64,000 bases of DNA from Octopus sinensis (Eukaryota), in assembly GCF_006345805.1 (NCBI RefSeq), contig NC_043024.1:6758001-6822000 (forward strand). The letters are read 5' to 3'. Position numbers and translations under genes: made by a program. Shown one piece after another: positions 25,690 to 39,304 of the stretch; position 1 is the first letter of the stretch; each line of letters starts with the position of its first letter. The notes under the pieces were generated by a model. It did no database searches. It was not told the origin of the DNA and worked only from the letters and a program-made list of their open reading frames with translations.

Positions 25690-26000
25690 ACTCTGTCGGT
25701 TACGACGACGAGGGTCCCAGCTGATACGACCAACAGAACAGCTTGCTCATGAAATTAAAGTGCAAGTGGCCAAGCACTCCACACACATGTACCCTTAACG
25801 TAGTTCTCAGGTAGATTCAGCGTCACACAGAATGTGACAAGGCTGTCCCTTTGAAATGCAGGTACAACTCATTTTTGCCAGCTGAATGGACTAGAGCAAT
25901 GGGAAATAAAGTGTCTTGCTCAAGGACACAACACGTCGCCGCAAATTGAACTGACAACTTTACGATCATGAGCCAAATGCCCTAACCACTAAAGCACATG
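25690..26000 (-). mobile_element. SINE family 3
   Basis: tRNA-like head and CTTGAGCAAGACACTT body. Confidence 0.75.
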
Positions 26001-26027
26001 CCTTCACACCACACACACACCACACAT

Positions 26028-26058
<31 letters not shown>

Positions 26059-26100
26059 GAATGTATATATATATATGTGTATATATATATATATGTGTGT

Positions 26101-26142
<42 letters not shown>

Positions 26143-26639
26143 CTATATATATATACACACACACACATACACAACACATACACACATATCTTGTCTGTGC
26201 ATTGTGTCACTTCTTTCAGGTAAATTCTGATAAACCTAATGATCTCTTTGTCGTACATATTTCTTTAGACTTCTTTTTTTTTCTTTTTCTTTTATATGTT
26301 TTATTTTTATGTTTATTTTATTTTCATTTTCTTTCTGCATTCAAGTTTAATATTTCAGTTGAGGTGACTGTCCGCAGATTGGTATGAATGTGTATTGATA
26401 ACAACAACAATAGCAGTAACAACAGCAACAACAAACAATGATAACAATAATGATAATGATAATATTAATATTAACAAGAGAACTTAGAGAGCGCAAACCT
26501 CCGCCAAGGCAACACCAGTGTCCTCAATTTTTTATTACCCACAAGGGGCTAAATATAGAGGTTGCACATTACAAAAACAATACAAAATATATATCGGGGA
26601 AAACAAGAATACAAAAAAAATATCGAGCAAGAAAGAATA

Positions 26640-27950
26640 AATAAAAAGAAACAAATGAAATTATAAAATGAGGCACAATGCCCATTCGACCCCTGAAGTT
26701 GAGTGGTTACATTTAGGCATTATTTTGGACAGTTTTTTCCTCCTCCCCACCACCACTTTTTTAAAGCAAAAAGTTCTCATCTTCATTTTTTTTATATTGT
26801 TCATATTCTATTTTATATTTTTTCTAAAATTTTTCAACTCTTCATATTCAACCACAGCCAGCAGGGTATCATACCACACTGACCCATCAACCATAGTCAC
26901 CAATTCTCCACATGAATCCATGAATGCATCATATCTATCATCATTCAATAAAACACACCTTTCATTCTCCTTTAATTTCTCCCTGGACAGCTTCCTCCTT
27001 ACTAATCCCTTCCACTTGGACATTCTCCTTTCCATATCAAAGATTCTTTTCATAGTAGACTAAGAGTGTTTTATGTTTAAATTCTTTCTCTCTTGGTTCC
27101 ATCCCTACTGTATGCATATGCTTGAAATTAGGCAGATCCCTACCTTTTTGGAGCATCCTCTCTGTTTCTGCTGCTGGTCCTAGTGAATGTTCTCTTGATT
27201 TTGCCTTCTTTTGCCTTTTGGGGTTGACAAACCCGTCACTCCCCTTCTTTGCTGCTTTTTTTCTGTCTCCCTTCGTCTTTACTTCTTCTGTGTCTCTGAT
27301 GCACTTCGCATCGCTTTTGGCGTCTCCATCTTTCAATGCTTCAATTTGTACTCCAGTTTCCACTTCTTCTTGGTCTTTCTCCACAGCCTTCTCACTCTGC
27401 TTGGGGCACTGCTTCCTCATATGGACCCTCACACCGCATTCATAACAATTCGATCGGGAACTTTCTCCCACAATCTATATTTGGTAGGGGATCCTCTCAA
27501 TGTCTTCAAACATAGCAAAAAGCTACATCTCGACACAGCATCCCCACCTGTTTAACATGCTCGTTTTTTCCACTGGTCCCAATTCGGGACTTTACTTTGT
27601 GGCAGCCAGAACAGCTGCCATCAATCACTCTGTCTTTATTTCCAGTGGCACTCTTCCAACTCTAATCCAAGCACTGCACCTACCCCTATCCATGGGCAGC
27701 AGCATCACCTTGTCAGTGTATAGAATAGTGGGGGAATGTGAGGCTGCCTCCTCTTTGGTGGCAAACCTCACCTTCACCGTTCCAAACTTCTTCCCTCGGC
27801 TTACAAAACTGGATTTCCTCCTGTCAAGGGTTTCAGATGAGCCCATCTCACGGCAGGAAACACAGATGAAGGCAGCTGCATCAAACTCCCTCGTGCACCA
27901 AATCCCACATATCAGATGTGGTTTCAAATAATGGTGTAGTGCAGCCAAAG
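26640..27950 (-). pseudogene. Decayed Gag-like ORF1 of a Tx1/L1-clade LINE
   Basis: RRM-like FGTVKVRFATKEEA region, zinc knuckle CYECGVRVHMRKQC (CX2CX4HX4C), K/E-rich tail; several stops. Confidence 0.65.
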
Positions 27951-29170
27951 GTGGTGCCCCAGCATGACCGCAGCTTTAAAGCTGAGACAAGTGAAAGAAT
28001 TAAAATACATACATGCATTCATACATATATATTTATATATATATATACATAGATAAGTGTGTACCAGAGGTTCTCAAACTTTGTGGGCCACTGCCCCACC
28101 TCATGGTCACATAATACCCTCAGCGCCCCCACCCCTGTTTTTATATATAAATATTTTACTAATTTATATATACTAGGAATCATTTTATATTTAATATATT
28201 ATATAATTAGTATATGATACTATAATGATATTATAAATTCATAGTGTCCCCCAATCCACTGGCTTTCTCCCAATGCCTCCCTTTTCTCTACTGTCCCCTT
28301 AGACACCAGCCCTCACCTGGACCCTCTCAACACTGATTAGCCTGTTGTTGCTGGACAATTTTCACAAAGAACACTTTTGTTTCAGTTTTTTTTGTTCCAC
28401 ATTTGACAAAGTTGTTTCCGACAGATAGGCCCCTTGATCAGGAAGGATTTCTGCATTATTTGGGGCAGATTCTTTGTTTCCCCATTTGGTGCTTAAATGT
28501 AAAGATCTTTCATACTTCCCACTCTTCAAAATCCAGTGTAAAGCTGACCATGGATGAAGGAGTCCTTTTCAATGTGTAAACAGGCAACCAGAAATGTTTG
28601 CCGTTGTGAGTTGTTGATGGTAATGAGAAAATTGAGACTGACTGGAAATTGAAGTCATTTGAATTGAAATGGGACATCGTCTCCAGAGACGGAGATGGAG
28701 GCTCTGTGCACTTACCATCTGATTGACACATCCCATGATCAGGTTGTCTCCTGAGACTATGCAATGTACAAGGTTTGTTGTTTTGCATATCAAGACTATT
28801 CCTTCTTTGTTAGTGCCTCATGGGCTCATTGCAGATGTTTTGTGAGGGTCTTCCAACTCTGTCACCCAAATCAAATTCCTTACATACATGCATACACACA
28901 CACACACACATTTACAAGCATGCACACATTCAGCATGAGAGAGATGCATATACAGAGAGAGAGAAAGTGAGAGAGAGTGTGGTAAATATATATAGAGAGG
29001 GGGAAAGTTTAAAATGAGAAAAGTGTAAAAGACTGAGAAAGACAGACAGACAGATGGTAAGAGGTACATACATAGAAGGGCATGCTTGCCTCCTGGGACT
29101 GTCTTGCATTTCATACCATATCAAAAATGAGAGAAACAGAGAGCAGCATGCATGAGAGAAATAGATATAC

Positions 29171-29217
<47 letters not shown>

Positions 29218-29669
29218 TGTGATTAATATATATGGAGAAGAGAAAAGCATAAGAGACAGATGGACAGATTGAGAGAGGTATAGAGACAGACAGTTATAAG
29301 ATGTGACACACACATGCACGCACGCACACACACACACACACACACACAAGTTTAAGATGGTGGCTTCTAAAGACATTCAGTGTTGTTGATCTGGAAGTTG
29401 ACTAATTTCTCATTGCTAATTATATACTTTGATTACTAATCACCAAAAACTTTCTCCTTGGGATGCAAATCTTGAAAATCAAATCCGTTTTCCTCTAAGA
29501 CAAACAGTTTTGGAGACTTTTGGTAAGAAACACATATACAAAAGATGCATGTCTCCTTTGTCTATGTCTTGCAGGTGAATCGATGAGAATATATTCTCCT
29601 ACATCTATAATCACAGCCTACCTATGAACTAGCAAAACACACCTGGTGCATGTGTGTTCAATACTGTAT

Positions 29670-29711
<42 letters not shown>

Positions 29712-29959
29712 GCATGCACACACATACACTCTTCATACAAATTATTATTATTATTATTATTATTATTGATATTAAATTCTCTGGAAAACCTATATGATTA
29801 AGGTAATATATCTAGAATTATCCAACGGAATAATTCTAAATTCTTATTTTATGAGAATTATTATTGTAATTATTATATTAATCATTGAATAATTTATTTT
29901 GTGAATACCTAATTGTAAACATTTGGTAAATGTTTGGAGAAATACCTGTTTAATCACCA

Positions 29960-30010
<51 letters not shown>

Positions 30011-30044
30011 TATCCAAAATGTTATTGTATTAAATATCTATTAC

Positions 30045-30955
30045 AGCTGGTCTTACCAATCAGTTTCACATAAAGAATACAACGGAGTGTTTGGTAACAA
30101 ACCGATTATATAATTTTACACTCATCAGAGAGTTAGCCAATATGGAAGGGAATATGGCAACTGCTCTCTATTTCCAGAGGTGGGTTAGCACAACCGGCCA
30201 GTGGCTATTGTGAAAAAAGGTGATGGAACAAAAAGGGGCCAGGGGATTAGTTTAGGAGTTATGTCCCTTGGTTGGGTAAGCTGTGAAGCCAGCAAGGCTT
30301 ATCTTAAAGTGGGGAAAGTGTGTATTGTTCATGTGATGCTCCTGTGAGGATGGGGTGTGTGGTATGTGTAGGGGTGTCATATGTATAATTTTATCTGGGG
30401 GGGGGGGGTACTTATAGCTGTGTTCGTTGGTCTGTTTTCTTTCTGTAAAGGGTAAAGCTGGGGGGAGGGAGTTATGTTAGCAAGCAGTGTGTAATGTGTG
30501 TGTGTAGGGGGGTATAATTTGTGTGAAGGGGTATGTGTTGGGGATGGTGAGAGACGTTTATTTTGTGTGGTGCTAGCCTTATAGGAGTGTGTGCATGTAT
30601 GTACATGAGTGCCTTGGTGTGTGCTTTGGTCAAACTCTTTTTGCCAGGCTCAAGGTCATTGGTAGAAGGTCATTTGCGGAAGGTCAAGGCAGGGGACTGG
30701 TAGTTGCAGTCATTGTAGGGGGAGCAGGCATGATAGAATGTACTTCCTTTCATGTGGGCAAGGATTAAACATCTCACTCCTACTATTCAAGTAAGCATCC
30801 AGGCATTGGATACCTTTTAAAATCTGTTCTCAGCCAGGTATAATCTGCACTTCCTGATGCTATGGAAGTACAGTTTGCATCTTTCTAGGATCTCCCACTT
30901 TATGCTGTACTCCATGGTGCATGTGTACGTATATACAAATATAAATTAGAAACAG
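30045..30955 (-). mobile_element. Penelope-like element 3' end plus pLTR
   Basis: EYSIKWEILERCKLY...KCRL and LNSRSEMFNPCPHERKYILS, typical of the C-terminus after the GIY-YIG domain in Penelope ORFs. Confidence 0.75.
30051..30131 (-). ncRNA. CpG-decayed hammerhead ribozyme motif in the Penelope pLTR
   Basis: tct-CTGATGA-GTGTAAA-[loop]-TTTATGT-GAAAC-TGATTG-GTA-aga. Confidence 0.6.
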
Positions 30956-31005
30956 CGCAAGGGATATAAACAATATCAAACACACAAACACAAGGAATGT
31001 GTTTT

Positions 31006-31372
31006 GCTTGTCTATGACTTCCAGGCAAATTGATGAAAATATATTCTCTTATGCCTATAATCGTAGCCTATATATACACACACACAGACGTACTTTCTTT
31101 AAATGAGGAAGAGACAGAGATGTGTATATATCATCATCATCATCGTTTAACGTCCGCTTTCCATGCTAGCATGGGTTGGACAGTTCAACTGGGGTCTGGG
31201 AAGCCAGAAGGCTGCACCAGGCCCAGTCTGATCTGGCAATGTTTCTACAGCTGGATGCCCTTCCTAACACCAACCACTCCATGAATGTAGTGGGTGCTTT
31301 TTACGTGCCACCAGCACAGAGGCCAATCGACACATCTCTGTCTCTTTCTCATTTAAAGAAAGTATGTGTGTG

Positions 31373-31420
<48 letters not shown>

Positions 31421-31481
31421 CTATAATTATAGGCATAAGAGAATATATTCTTATCAATTTGCCCGGAAGTCATAGACAAGC
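31006..31481. mobile_element. TIR MITE with an RTE 3'-end copy (31131-31320) inserted at its centre
   Basis: About 120 bp inverted arms GCTTGTCTATGACTTCC.../...GGAAGTCATAGACAAGC; related single arm near 29560. Confidence 0.75.
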
Positions 31482-31530
31482 GAGATAACTTGCATCTCAC
31501 TTATATATTTATATACTTGTATGGTGTTTA

Positions 31531-31604
<74 letters not shown>

Positions 31605-31739
31605 GTATATTTATATATGTGTGTATGTGTGCATGTATGTACGTACGTATTTATGTATACAGGTATGGAGTTTGATAAATGCTAATGCACGAGACTCTTG
31701 GACTTTGAGTCACTTTGTTGCTTCTACTAAATATATATA

Positions 31740-31783
<44 letters not shown>

Positions 31784-31999
31784 GGGGGAGTGAGAGAGAA
31801 CAGAGATAAACAGAAATACAAAAAGGAGAAAGAAGCAATGTGTGTTTGTGCACATATACATGTGTGTGTGTGTGTCTATGTAGGACAGATTTGTCAATTT
31901 TTGTTGGTAATGAAAAAAAGTAGTTTAAGCTCAAATAACGGATTATTATTATTACAGCACCTTTAATCTGATTACGTACCTTTCTACCCCTTCACCTGC

Positions 32000-33000
32000 A
32001 CCACTACCACCACCACCACCACTACTGCCAGTGCCACAACTACCACCACCACCATCATTAACACTATCCCTCCCACCCCTACCATCACAAACACCCCTGC
32101 TACCACCACTCACAACATCACAAACAATTACAGGTAACTTCCACCGTCATCACTGACACCGCCACCACCACAACAATAGTAACAGCACTACCATTACAGA
32201 TACTACTACCATTACCTCTACCACCACCACCTCCACCACCACCACCACCACCTCCACCACCACCACCACCACCTCTACTACTCCTCCTCTCTCCCTGGCA
32301 CCACTTGCAACACCAGCAACAATTACCAACGACAACAACAACAACGGAGCTACTACCAGTTCTACCACCACTAATACTAGTGTCTCTACCTTCACTAACA
32401 GCACCACCACCACCACCACCACTACCGCTATCATTCCACTGCTGCTTTCACCACCACTGCTGTTACTACCACCACCACCACCACCATCACCATCACCACT
32501 GCCACTACCACTACAGTGAAGACCATCACCACCATCACCACCACCACCACCACCACTGTTGCTATCCCCACCACTGCTGGTACTACCACCACCACCACCA
32601 TTACAGCCAAGACCACCACTACCACCACAACCACCACCACCATCACCACTGTCACCACCACCACCACCACAACCATCTACCACAACCACCACCTCTACCA
32701 TCACAAACACCACAAAAACCATTACTATCATCACCACCATCACCACCACCACCACCACCACCTACATCACTGATAATACAGACAGATACAATGTCAACAC
32801 TACCTCCTTACTTCCACCATCACTAAAACTTCAGCCGACACCACCATCACCTTCAATGCTGCTGGTACTGCCTCCACTACCACCACCACCACAACAACAA
32901 CAACAATAGTAACAACACTACCACCACTGATACTACTACCATTGCCTCCACTACAACCACCATACACCACCGCCATCACCACCACCACCACCACCAGTGG
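32000..33000. repeat. (ACC)n/(ACT)n-rich low-complexity tract
   Basis: Direct inspection. Confidence 0.9.
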
Positions 33001-33715
33001 GAACAGGAGAAATGGCACTTGACTAATTAATATAGAGTCGTGAAAAGCACAGCTCTGTAAGATCTGATTGCAGAGGGTGAGTATTTTTTAGTCTGTAGGG
33101 AGGGGCAGAAACTACGAGCCCTTATAAACCCTTTACAGATTGGAGAGGAAGATAGGCTCAAACTGGAGACCTACGCTGAAAGCTTACAACAGAGTGGCCC
33201 CCCCTTAAATACACCCAAGGTGCAAATTGGTCATGTTCAAACAGAGAAGGATTAAGCTAAACACCCAAGTAAGACAACCTGAATGGTGAAAGGCTAAGTT
33301 GATTGCACTAAGATTTGAACTCAGGGCATAAAGACCTACAACACATTTTTCCCAATGCTCTTATGATGCTACTAATTACAAATTTTGGAGGAAGGAGTAC
33401 AGCTAATTGCATCAACATTAGGCCTTTAACTAATTAAGTACCAAAGCTCAAAACCAGGTTGAAGGGTACAATCAGTGTACCCCTACAAATTTTTATGGGT
33501 AGTTTTGCTACTAATATAGTCTGAAATGTTTATTATATTCCCACGTGTGTTTTAAATTGAGTTAAATTAATGCTAATTAATTAGTTATGAGTTAGGAATT
33601 GCTCTTAATTAATTCTTTTCATAATGTAAAACAATAAACAGTAATTGTTCATGGTTTTATACACACGTACATTAACATACAAATTATGTACATATTCATA
33701 AATGTATGTGTGTGC

Positions 33716-33795
<80 letters not shown>

Positions 33796-33804
33796 ATATA
33801 AGTG

Positions 33805-34255
33805 CAGGCATGACTGTGTGGTAAGAAGCTTGCTTCCTAAACACATGTTTCCAGTTTCAGTCCCATGCGTGGCTCGTTCGGCAAGTGTCTTTTACTATAG
33901 CCTTGAGCCAACCATAGCCTTGTGAGTGGATTTGGTAGATGGAAACTGAAAGAAGCCCATCGTATATGTATATATTTGTGCATTTGTCCCCCTCCACCAC
34001 TGTTTGACAACCGGTTTTGGTGTGACAGCATCCCCATAACTTAGCAGTTCATTAAAAGAGACCGATAAAATAAGTTAAAGGCTTACAAAAAATAAGCCCT
34101 GGGGTTGATTTGTTTGACTAAAACCCCTTAAGGTGGTGCTCCAAGAAGAAGAAAAAAAGAAAAGAAAACGTATATATTCAATGAAAAGAATACTTCAAGG
34201 TGGTGCCCCAGCATGGCCTCAGTCTCATGACTGAAACAAGTAAAATATATAAGAT
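33805..34255 (+). mobile_element. SINE family 1 (divergent)
   Basis: Consensus match. Confidence 0.8.
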
Positions 34256-34359
34256 GATAAAAGATATATATACACACACATATGTCTATTTATATAGATT
34301 TGTATATATTTATATCTTGTATATTTATATACATGTATATGTATATATATATGTGTATG

Positions 34360-34386
<27 letters not shown>

Positions 34387-34390
<4 letters not shown>

Positions 34391-34743
34391 GCATCAAATG
34401 AAATAAAAAAACAGAACACAAAGGTTGTCGCGGTACACATGTTTCAAGCTTTATACTACAACCTATTCTTACATCAATGTATAATTGACATAACAGATGG
34501 TTTAAAGCTATCTTCAGCCGCATGCAATTGCTATACCAAAGACTTCCATCACATTATGAAAAAACCGAAAATGTACATTTTGTATTAGTCTTTGGTATAG
34601 CAATTGCATGCGGCTTAAGAGAGCTTTAAACCCTCTGTTATGTTGATTATACATTGATGTAAGAATAGGTTGTTGTATAAAGCTTGAAACACGTGTACCG
34701 CGACATCCTTTCTGTTCTGTTTTTTATTCCATTTGATGCATAT
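34387..34743. mobile_element. Long fold-back MITE
   Basis: About 155 bp inverted arms (ATGCATCAAATG...TCGCGGTACAC.../...GTGTACCGCGA...CATTTGATGCAT). Confidence 0.85.
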
Positions 34744-34816
34744 ACACTCTCACCTCTGCTACTAGCTGGCATATACAGGTGCTTACATTTATCTAGTATT
34801 CACCCTGAATTTATTG

Positions 34817-34853
<37 letters not shown>

Positions 34854-35439
34854 GTATGTATGTATGTATGCATGTATAATAACATGGACTCTCCCATCAT
34901 TAGCTGACATATGAAGGTTTGGCAATTCTTACCAAACAACCAGACAGATGATTTGCTAATAGCAATCAAATGTTTTGTTAATAGCAATCAAAGCACACTC
35001 CCTCCATCAAATCGACATTACCTGTACAGGTGCACCATGTGCCACATGTCAGATGACGAAATGTTCACAGAGCAACATGTAGTGCTTCGCTCAGGAAGAC
35101 AACGCAACACCCAGTCTGTGAATCGAACCCATGTTCTCACAATCATAAGTGCAACATCTTAACCACTAAGCTATGCACCTTCATTATACATATATATATA
35201 AATACACACACACACACAGACATACCTGTATGTGTATATCTAGAAGGTTGTTTGCTATGCTCAGTCAGAAGGTGACCATTGGTCACCTTTAAAGCACTTA
35301 GGTATATAGGCAACTTGCCAGACCCAAATTGCTGGAGGCACACAACTATCTACGACAGGAAGGAGGAAAATGTTACGATCTTGATGTAATCAACTAGCCT
35401 CTTCCACAACAATTTTGGGCCTTGTGCCTATTGCATAAA

Positions 35440-35927
35440 GGATTATTATTATTATTATTTTGTTTGACTTTTGCTTTACATTTGTACAAGCTGGCTCCAA
35501 GTCTCAACCAAAGACCTCAAGAGACAACAAATTGGAAGTTCATGTTGGTGTTATGCCTAGGGTGCCATATATTTGGTTCTGTACATAGTGCTGTTCTAGA
35601 GAATGTTTAAGAAACCATAAGAAAATTATGTGTTTGTTTTAAAATTTGGATTACATAAAAAGTATTTTGAGTAGGATATGGGCAGTTATTATTATTCAGT
35701 AGTATATTTTTTATATCGTGCTTTCACTTCACTACCGAGCGCAGCTCTGTGTGCCTTGGGTATGTGCTGTGATTTGTTGTGATGCTCTGATGGTTACTGT
35801 ATGGAAAGTGTTCTGTGTAGGATGTGTGCAGTGCCTAGTAGTGCAATTTTCTGTATGTTATATGTGTTTGTAAGTCCTGGTGTTTTTGTTATGTATTTGT
35901 CTGAATATTTTTTTTCAGACATTTTAC

Positions 35928-35930
<3 letters not shown>
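35440..35930 (-). mobile_element. Two tandem 3' ends of RLE-type (R4/Dong-like) non-LTR elements in (TAA)n tracts
   Basis: IQKIALLGTAHILHRTLSIQ* and TAHILLKILFM* C-termini, each followed by a short UTR and (TAA)n. Confidence 0.65.
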
Positions 35931-35962
<32 letters not shown>

Positions 35963-36234
35963 GTATTATGATGATGATGAAGGTGTTGATCTAGCAGAAA
36001 TACCAGCCAAGTGCTTGGGTTGATAGAATCAACTAACACCTTTCCCTTAAAACTGGTGACCTTGGGCCAAAGTTTGAAACCATTAACATTCATTAAAAAT
36101 TACCATTTATTATTCTGAAGGGACATGGGTAACAGAATTGGTAGATCACTGAACAACATGGATTAAATCTTATCTTTGGTCTACTGCAGAGGGCGAGAGA
36201 TGGAGTTCAATAAAATAACTATCAATAAAGTACT

Positions 36235-36858
36235 CTTTTACTCTTTTACTTGTTTCAGTCAATTGATTGTGGCCATGCTGGAGCACCACCTTTAGTCAAG
36301 CAAATCGACCCCAGGACTTATTCATTGTAAGCCTAGTACTAATTCTATCGGTCTCTTTTGACAATCCACTAAGTTACAGGGATGTAAACACACCAGCATC
36401 AGTTGTCAAGCGATGTTGGGGGGACAAACACAGACACACAAACATACACACACACACACACATACATATACTCTTTTATTCTTTTACTCTTTTACTTGTT
36501 TCAGTCATTTGACTGCGGCCATGCTGGAGCACCGCCTTTAATCGAGCAACTCGACCCCGGGACTTATTCTTTTGTAAGCCCAGTACTTATTCTATCGGTC
36601 TCTTTTGCCGAACTGCTAAGTAACGGGGACATAAACACATCAGCATCGGTTGTCAAGCAATGCTAGGGGGACAAACACAGACACACAAACACATACATAT
36701 ATATATACATATATACGACAGGCTTCTTTCAGTTTCTGTCTACCAAATCCACTCACAAGGCTTTGGCCAGCCCGAGGCTATAGTAGAAGACACTTGCCCA
36801 AGGTGCCACACAGTGGGACTGAACCCGGAACCATGTGGTTAGTAAACAAGCTACTTAC

Positions 36859-36901
<43 letters not shown>

Positions 36902-37310
36902 TATATGCGACAGGCTTCTTTTAGTTTCCTATTTCTTTATTGCCCACAAAGGGCTAAACATAGAGGGGACAAACAAGGACAGACAAAGGGATTAAGTCGA
37001 TTACAATGACCCCAGGGCATAACTGTTACTTAATTTATTGACCACGAAAGGATGAAAAGTAAAGTCGACCTCGGCGGAATTTGAACTCAGAATGTAAAGA
37101 CAGACGAATTACCGTTAAGCATTTCGCCCGGTGTGCTAACATTTCTGCTAGCTTGCCTGTCTATCAAATCCACTCACAAGGTTTTGGTCAGCCCGAGAGG
37201 CTATAGTAGAAGACACTTGCCCAAAGTGCCACGCAGTGGGACTGAACCCGCAAGTGTGTGGTTGGTAGGCAAGTTACTTACCACACAGCCACTCCTGTGC
37301 CTATATACTG
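36235..37310 (-). mobile_element. Nested or tandem cluster of family 1 and family 2 SINEs
   Basis: Family 1 at 36235-36460, 36480-36860 and 37145-37310; family 2 at 36915-37150. Confidence 0.8.
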
Positions 37311-37644
37311 TAATATTTTATTTAATCAGCTGTGATTGTGGTAGGATTTTCATTGCTTTTCCTGTACTAGATATCAATATTTACCCTATAAATAATATGG
37401 CTTAATTGTTTCAAACTATTTTGACCAACAAGAGAGACCAATATATATGTTACTGAATACCATTAAATATACATTATATTATTTTAAATATTCATAATAG
37501 AATAAACCTATGCAAACACACACACATTCAAGCACACACACATGTATACACCCATACACACATACATCTTAGTATGAATGTATGTATGTATGTATACATA
37601 TATGTATGTGTGTGTGTGTGTGTGCATATGTTTTTATATATATC

Positions 37645-39260
37645 ATCAGCAGCAGCAGCATCGTTTAACGTCTGCTTTCCAGGCTAGCATGGGTTGGATG
37701 ATTTTGACTGAGGTTTGGTGAACCAGGAGGCTGCACCAGGCTCCAATCTGATCTGGCAGAGTTTCTACGGCTGGATGCCCTTCCTAACACCAACCACTCC
37801 AAGAGTGTATTGGGTGCTTTTACATGCCACCAGCATGAAGGCCAGTCAGGCAGTACTGGCAACAGCTATGCTCAAATGGTGTCTTGTATGCGCCACCTGC
37901 ACTGGAGCCAGTCCAGCAATATTGGCAACAACCTCACTCAAATGAATTTTCATGTGCCAGTAAGGCGACGTAGGTAACGATCATGCTCGAATGGTGCTTT
38001 TTACATGCCACCAGCATGGAAGCCTGTTAGCACTCCACTAGCACGGATGCCAGTTATTGAATTTGATTTCGATTTCACTTGCCTCAACAGGTCTTTGCAA
38101 GCAGAGTTTAGTGTCCAATGAAGGAAAGGTATGCATAAGTTGGCTGGTTACACCCTTGGCATAGGCCACGAGATTATGGTCTCACCTGGCTTGCCGGGTC
38201 TTCTCACGCACTGCATATTTCCAAAGTTCTTGGTCACTAGTCATTGCCTCACTGAGGCTTAATGTTTGAAGGTCATGCTTCACCACTTCATCCTTGGTCT
38301 TCCTAGCTCTACCTCTTCCACAGGTTCCCTCAACCGCTAGGGTGTGGCACTTTTTTACGCACCTATCCTCATCCATTCTCGCCACATGACCGTACCAGTG
38401 CAGTCATCTCTCTTGCACACCACATCTGATGCTTCTTAGGCCCAACTTTTCTCTCAAGGTACTTACACTCTGTATAGTATGAACACTGACATTACACATC
38501 CATCAGAGCATACTGGCTTCATTTCTTGTGAGCTTACGCATATTCTCAGCAGTCACGGCCCATGTTTCACTGCCATGTAGCATGGCTGTTCGTACACATG
38601 CGTCATACAGTCTACCTTTTACTCTGAGCGAGAGGCCCTTTGTCACCAACAGAGGTAAGAGCTCTCTGAACTTTGCCCAAGCTATTCTTATTCTAGCAGC
38701 TACACTTTCAGTGCACCCTCCTCTGCAACTGACTTGGTCACCTAGGTAATGGAAGCTATCAACTACTTCAAGTTTTTCTCTCTGGAATGTGGCGGAAGTT
38801 GGTCTCTGCACATTTTCAGTGTTTATTGCTCCTGAGTATCTGCCACATACAAAAACTATCTTCCCAGTTAGCCTTCCTTTGATATTGCTGCCCCTCTTGT
38901 GTCCATAGCTTACACTGGGTACATCTTATAGAGTTTCTGCCTTTGCCTTTTATACAGACTGAGCAGGGCCATCTACCTGAAGGGATTTATGGTTTGCCTG
39001 CCTTCCTACTTATTAGGATTTTGGTTTTAGCTAGGTTGACTCTAAGGCCCTTCGATTTTAATCCTTGTTTCCACACCTGAAACTTCTCCTCTAGTTCTGA
39101 TAGTGACTCGGCAATTAGAGCAAGGTTGTCAGCATAGAGGAGCTCCCAGGGGCATCCTGTCTTGAATTCCTCTGTTATTGCCTGGAGGACTACGATAAAT
39201 AGGATGAGGCTGAGGACTGAAACTTGGTGGACTCCTACTTCTACCCGGAATTCTTCACTG
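37645..39260 (-). mobile_element. RTE LINE, 5'-truncated
   Basis: LLYADNLALIAES, DSFHYLGDQ, HGSETWA, GRGRARKT; (GAT)n-type tail. Confidence 0.9.
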
Positions 39261-39264
39261 TACT

Positions 39265-39304
<40 letters not shown>

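Noticed and set aside
28330-28870. Possible exon (strong minus-strand GTAAGT donor at 28715) or LINE ORF2 linker remnant
   Set aside because: No consistent frame with a good acceptor, and only weak similarity to LINE linkers
32150-32909. Poly-Gly, Thr, Pro and His ORFs resembling mucin or structural proteins
   Set aside because: Trinucleotide low-complexity tract open in several frames, with no splice or domain support
33010-33032. AATGGCACT matching the miR-263/183 seed region
   Set aside because: The rest of the mature sequence and the hairpin do not match
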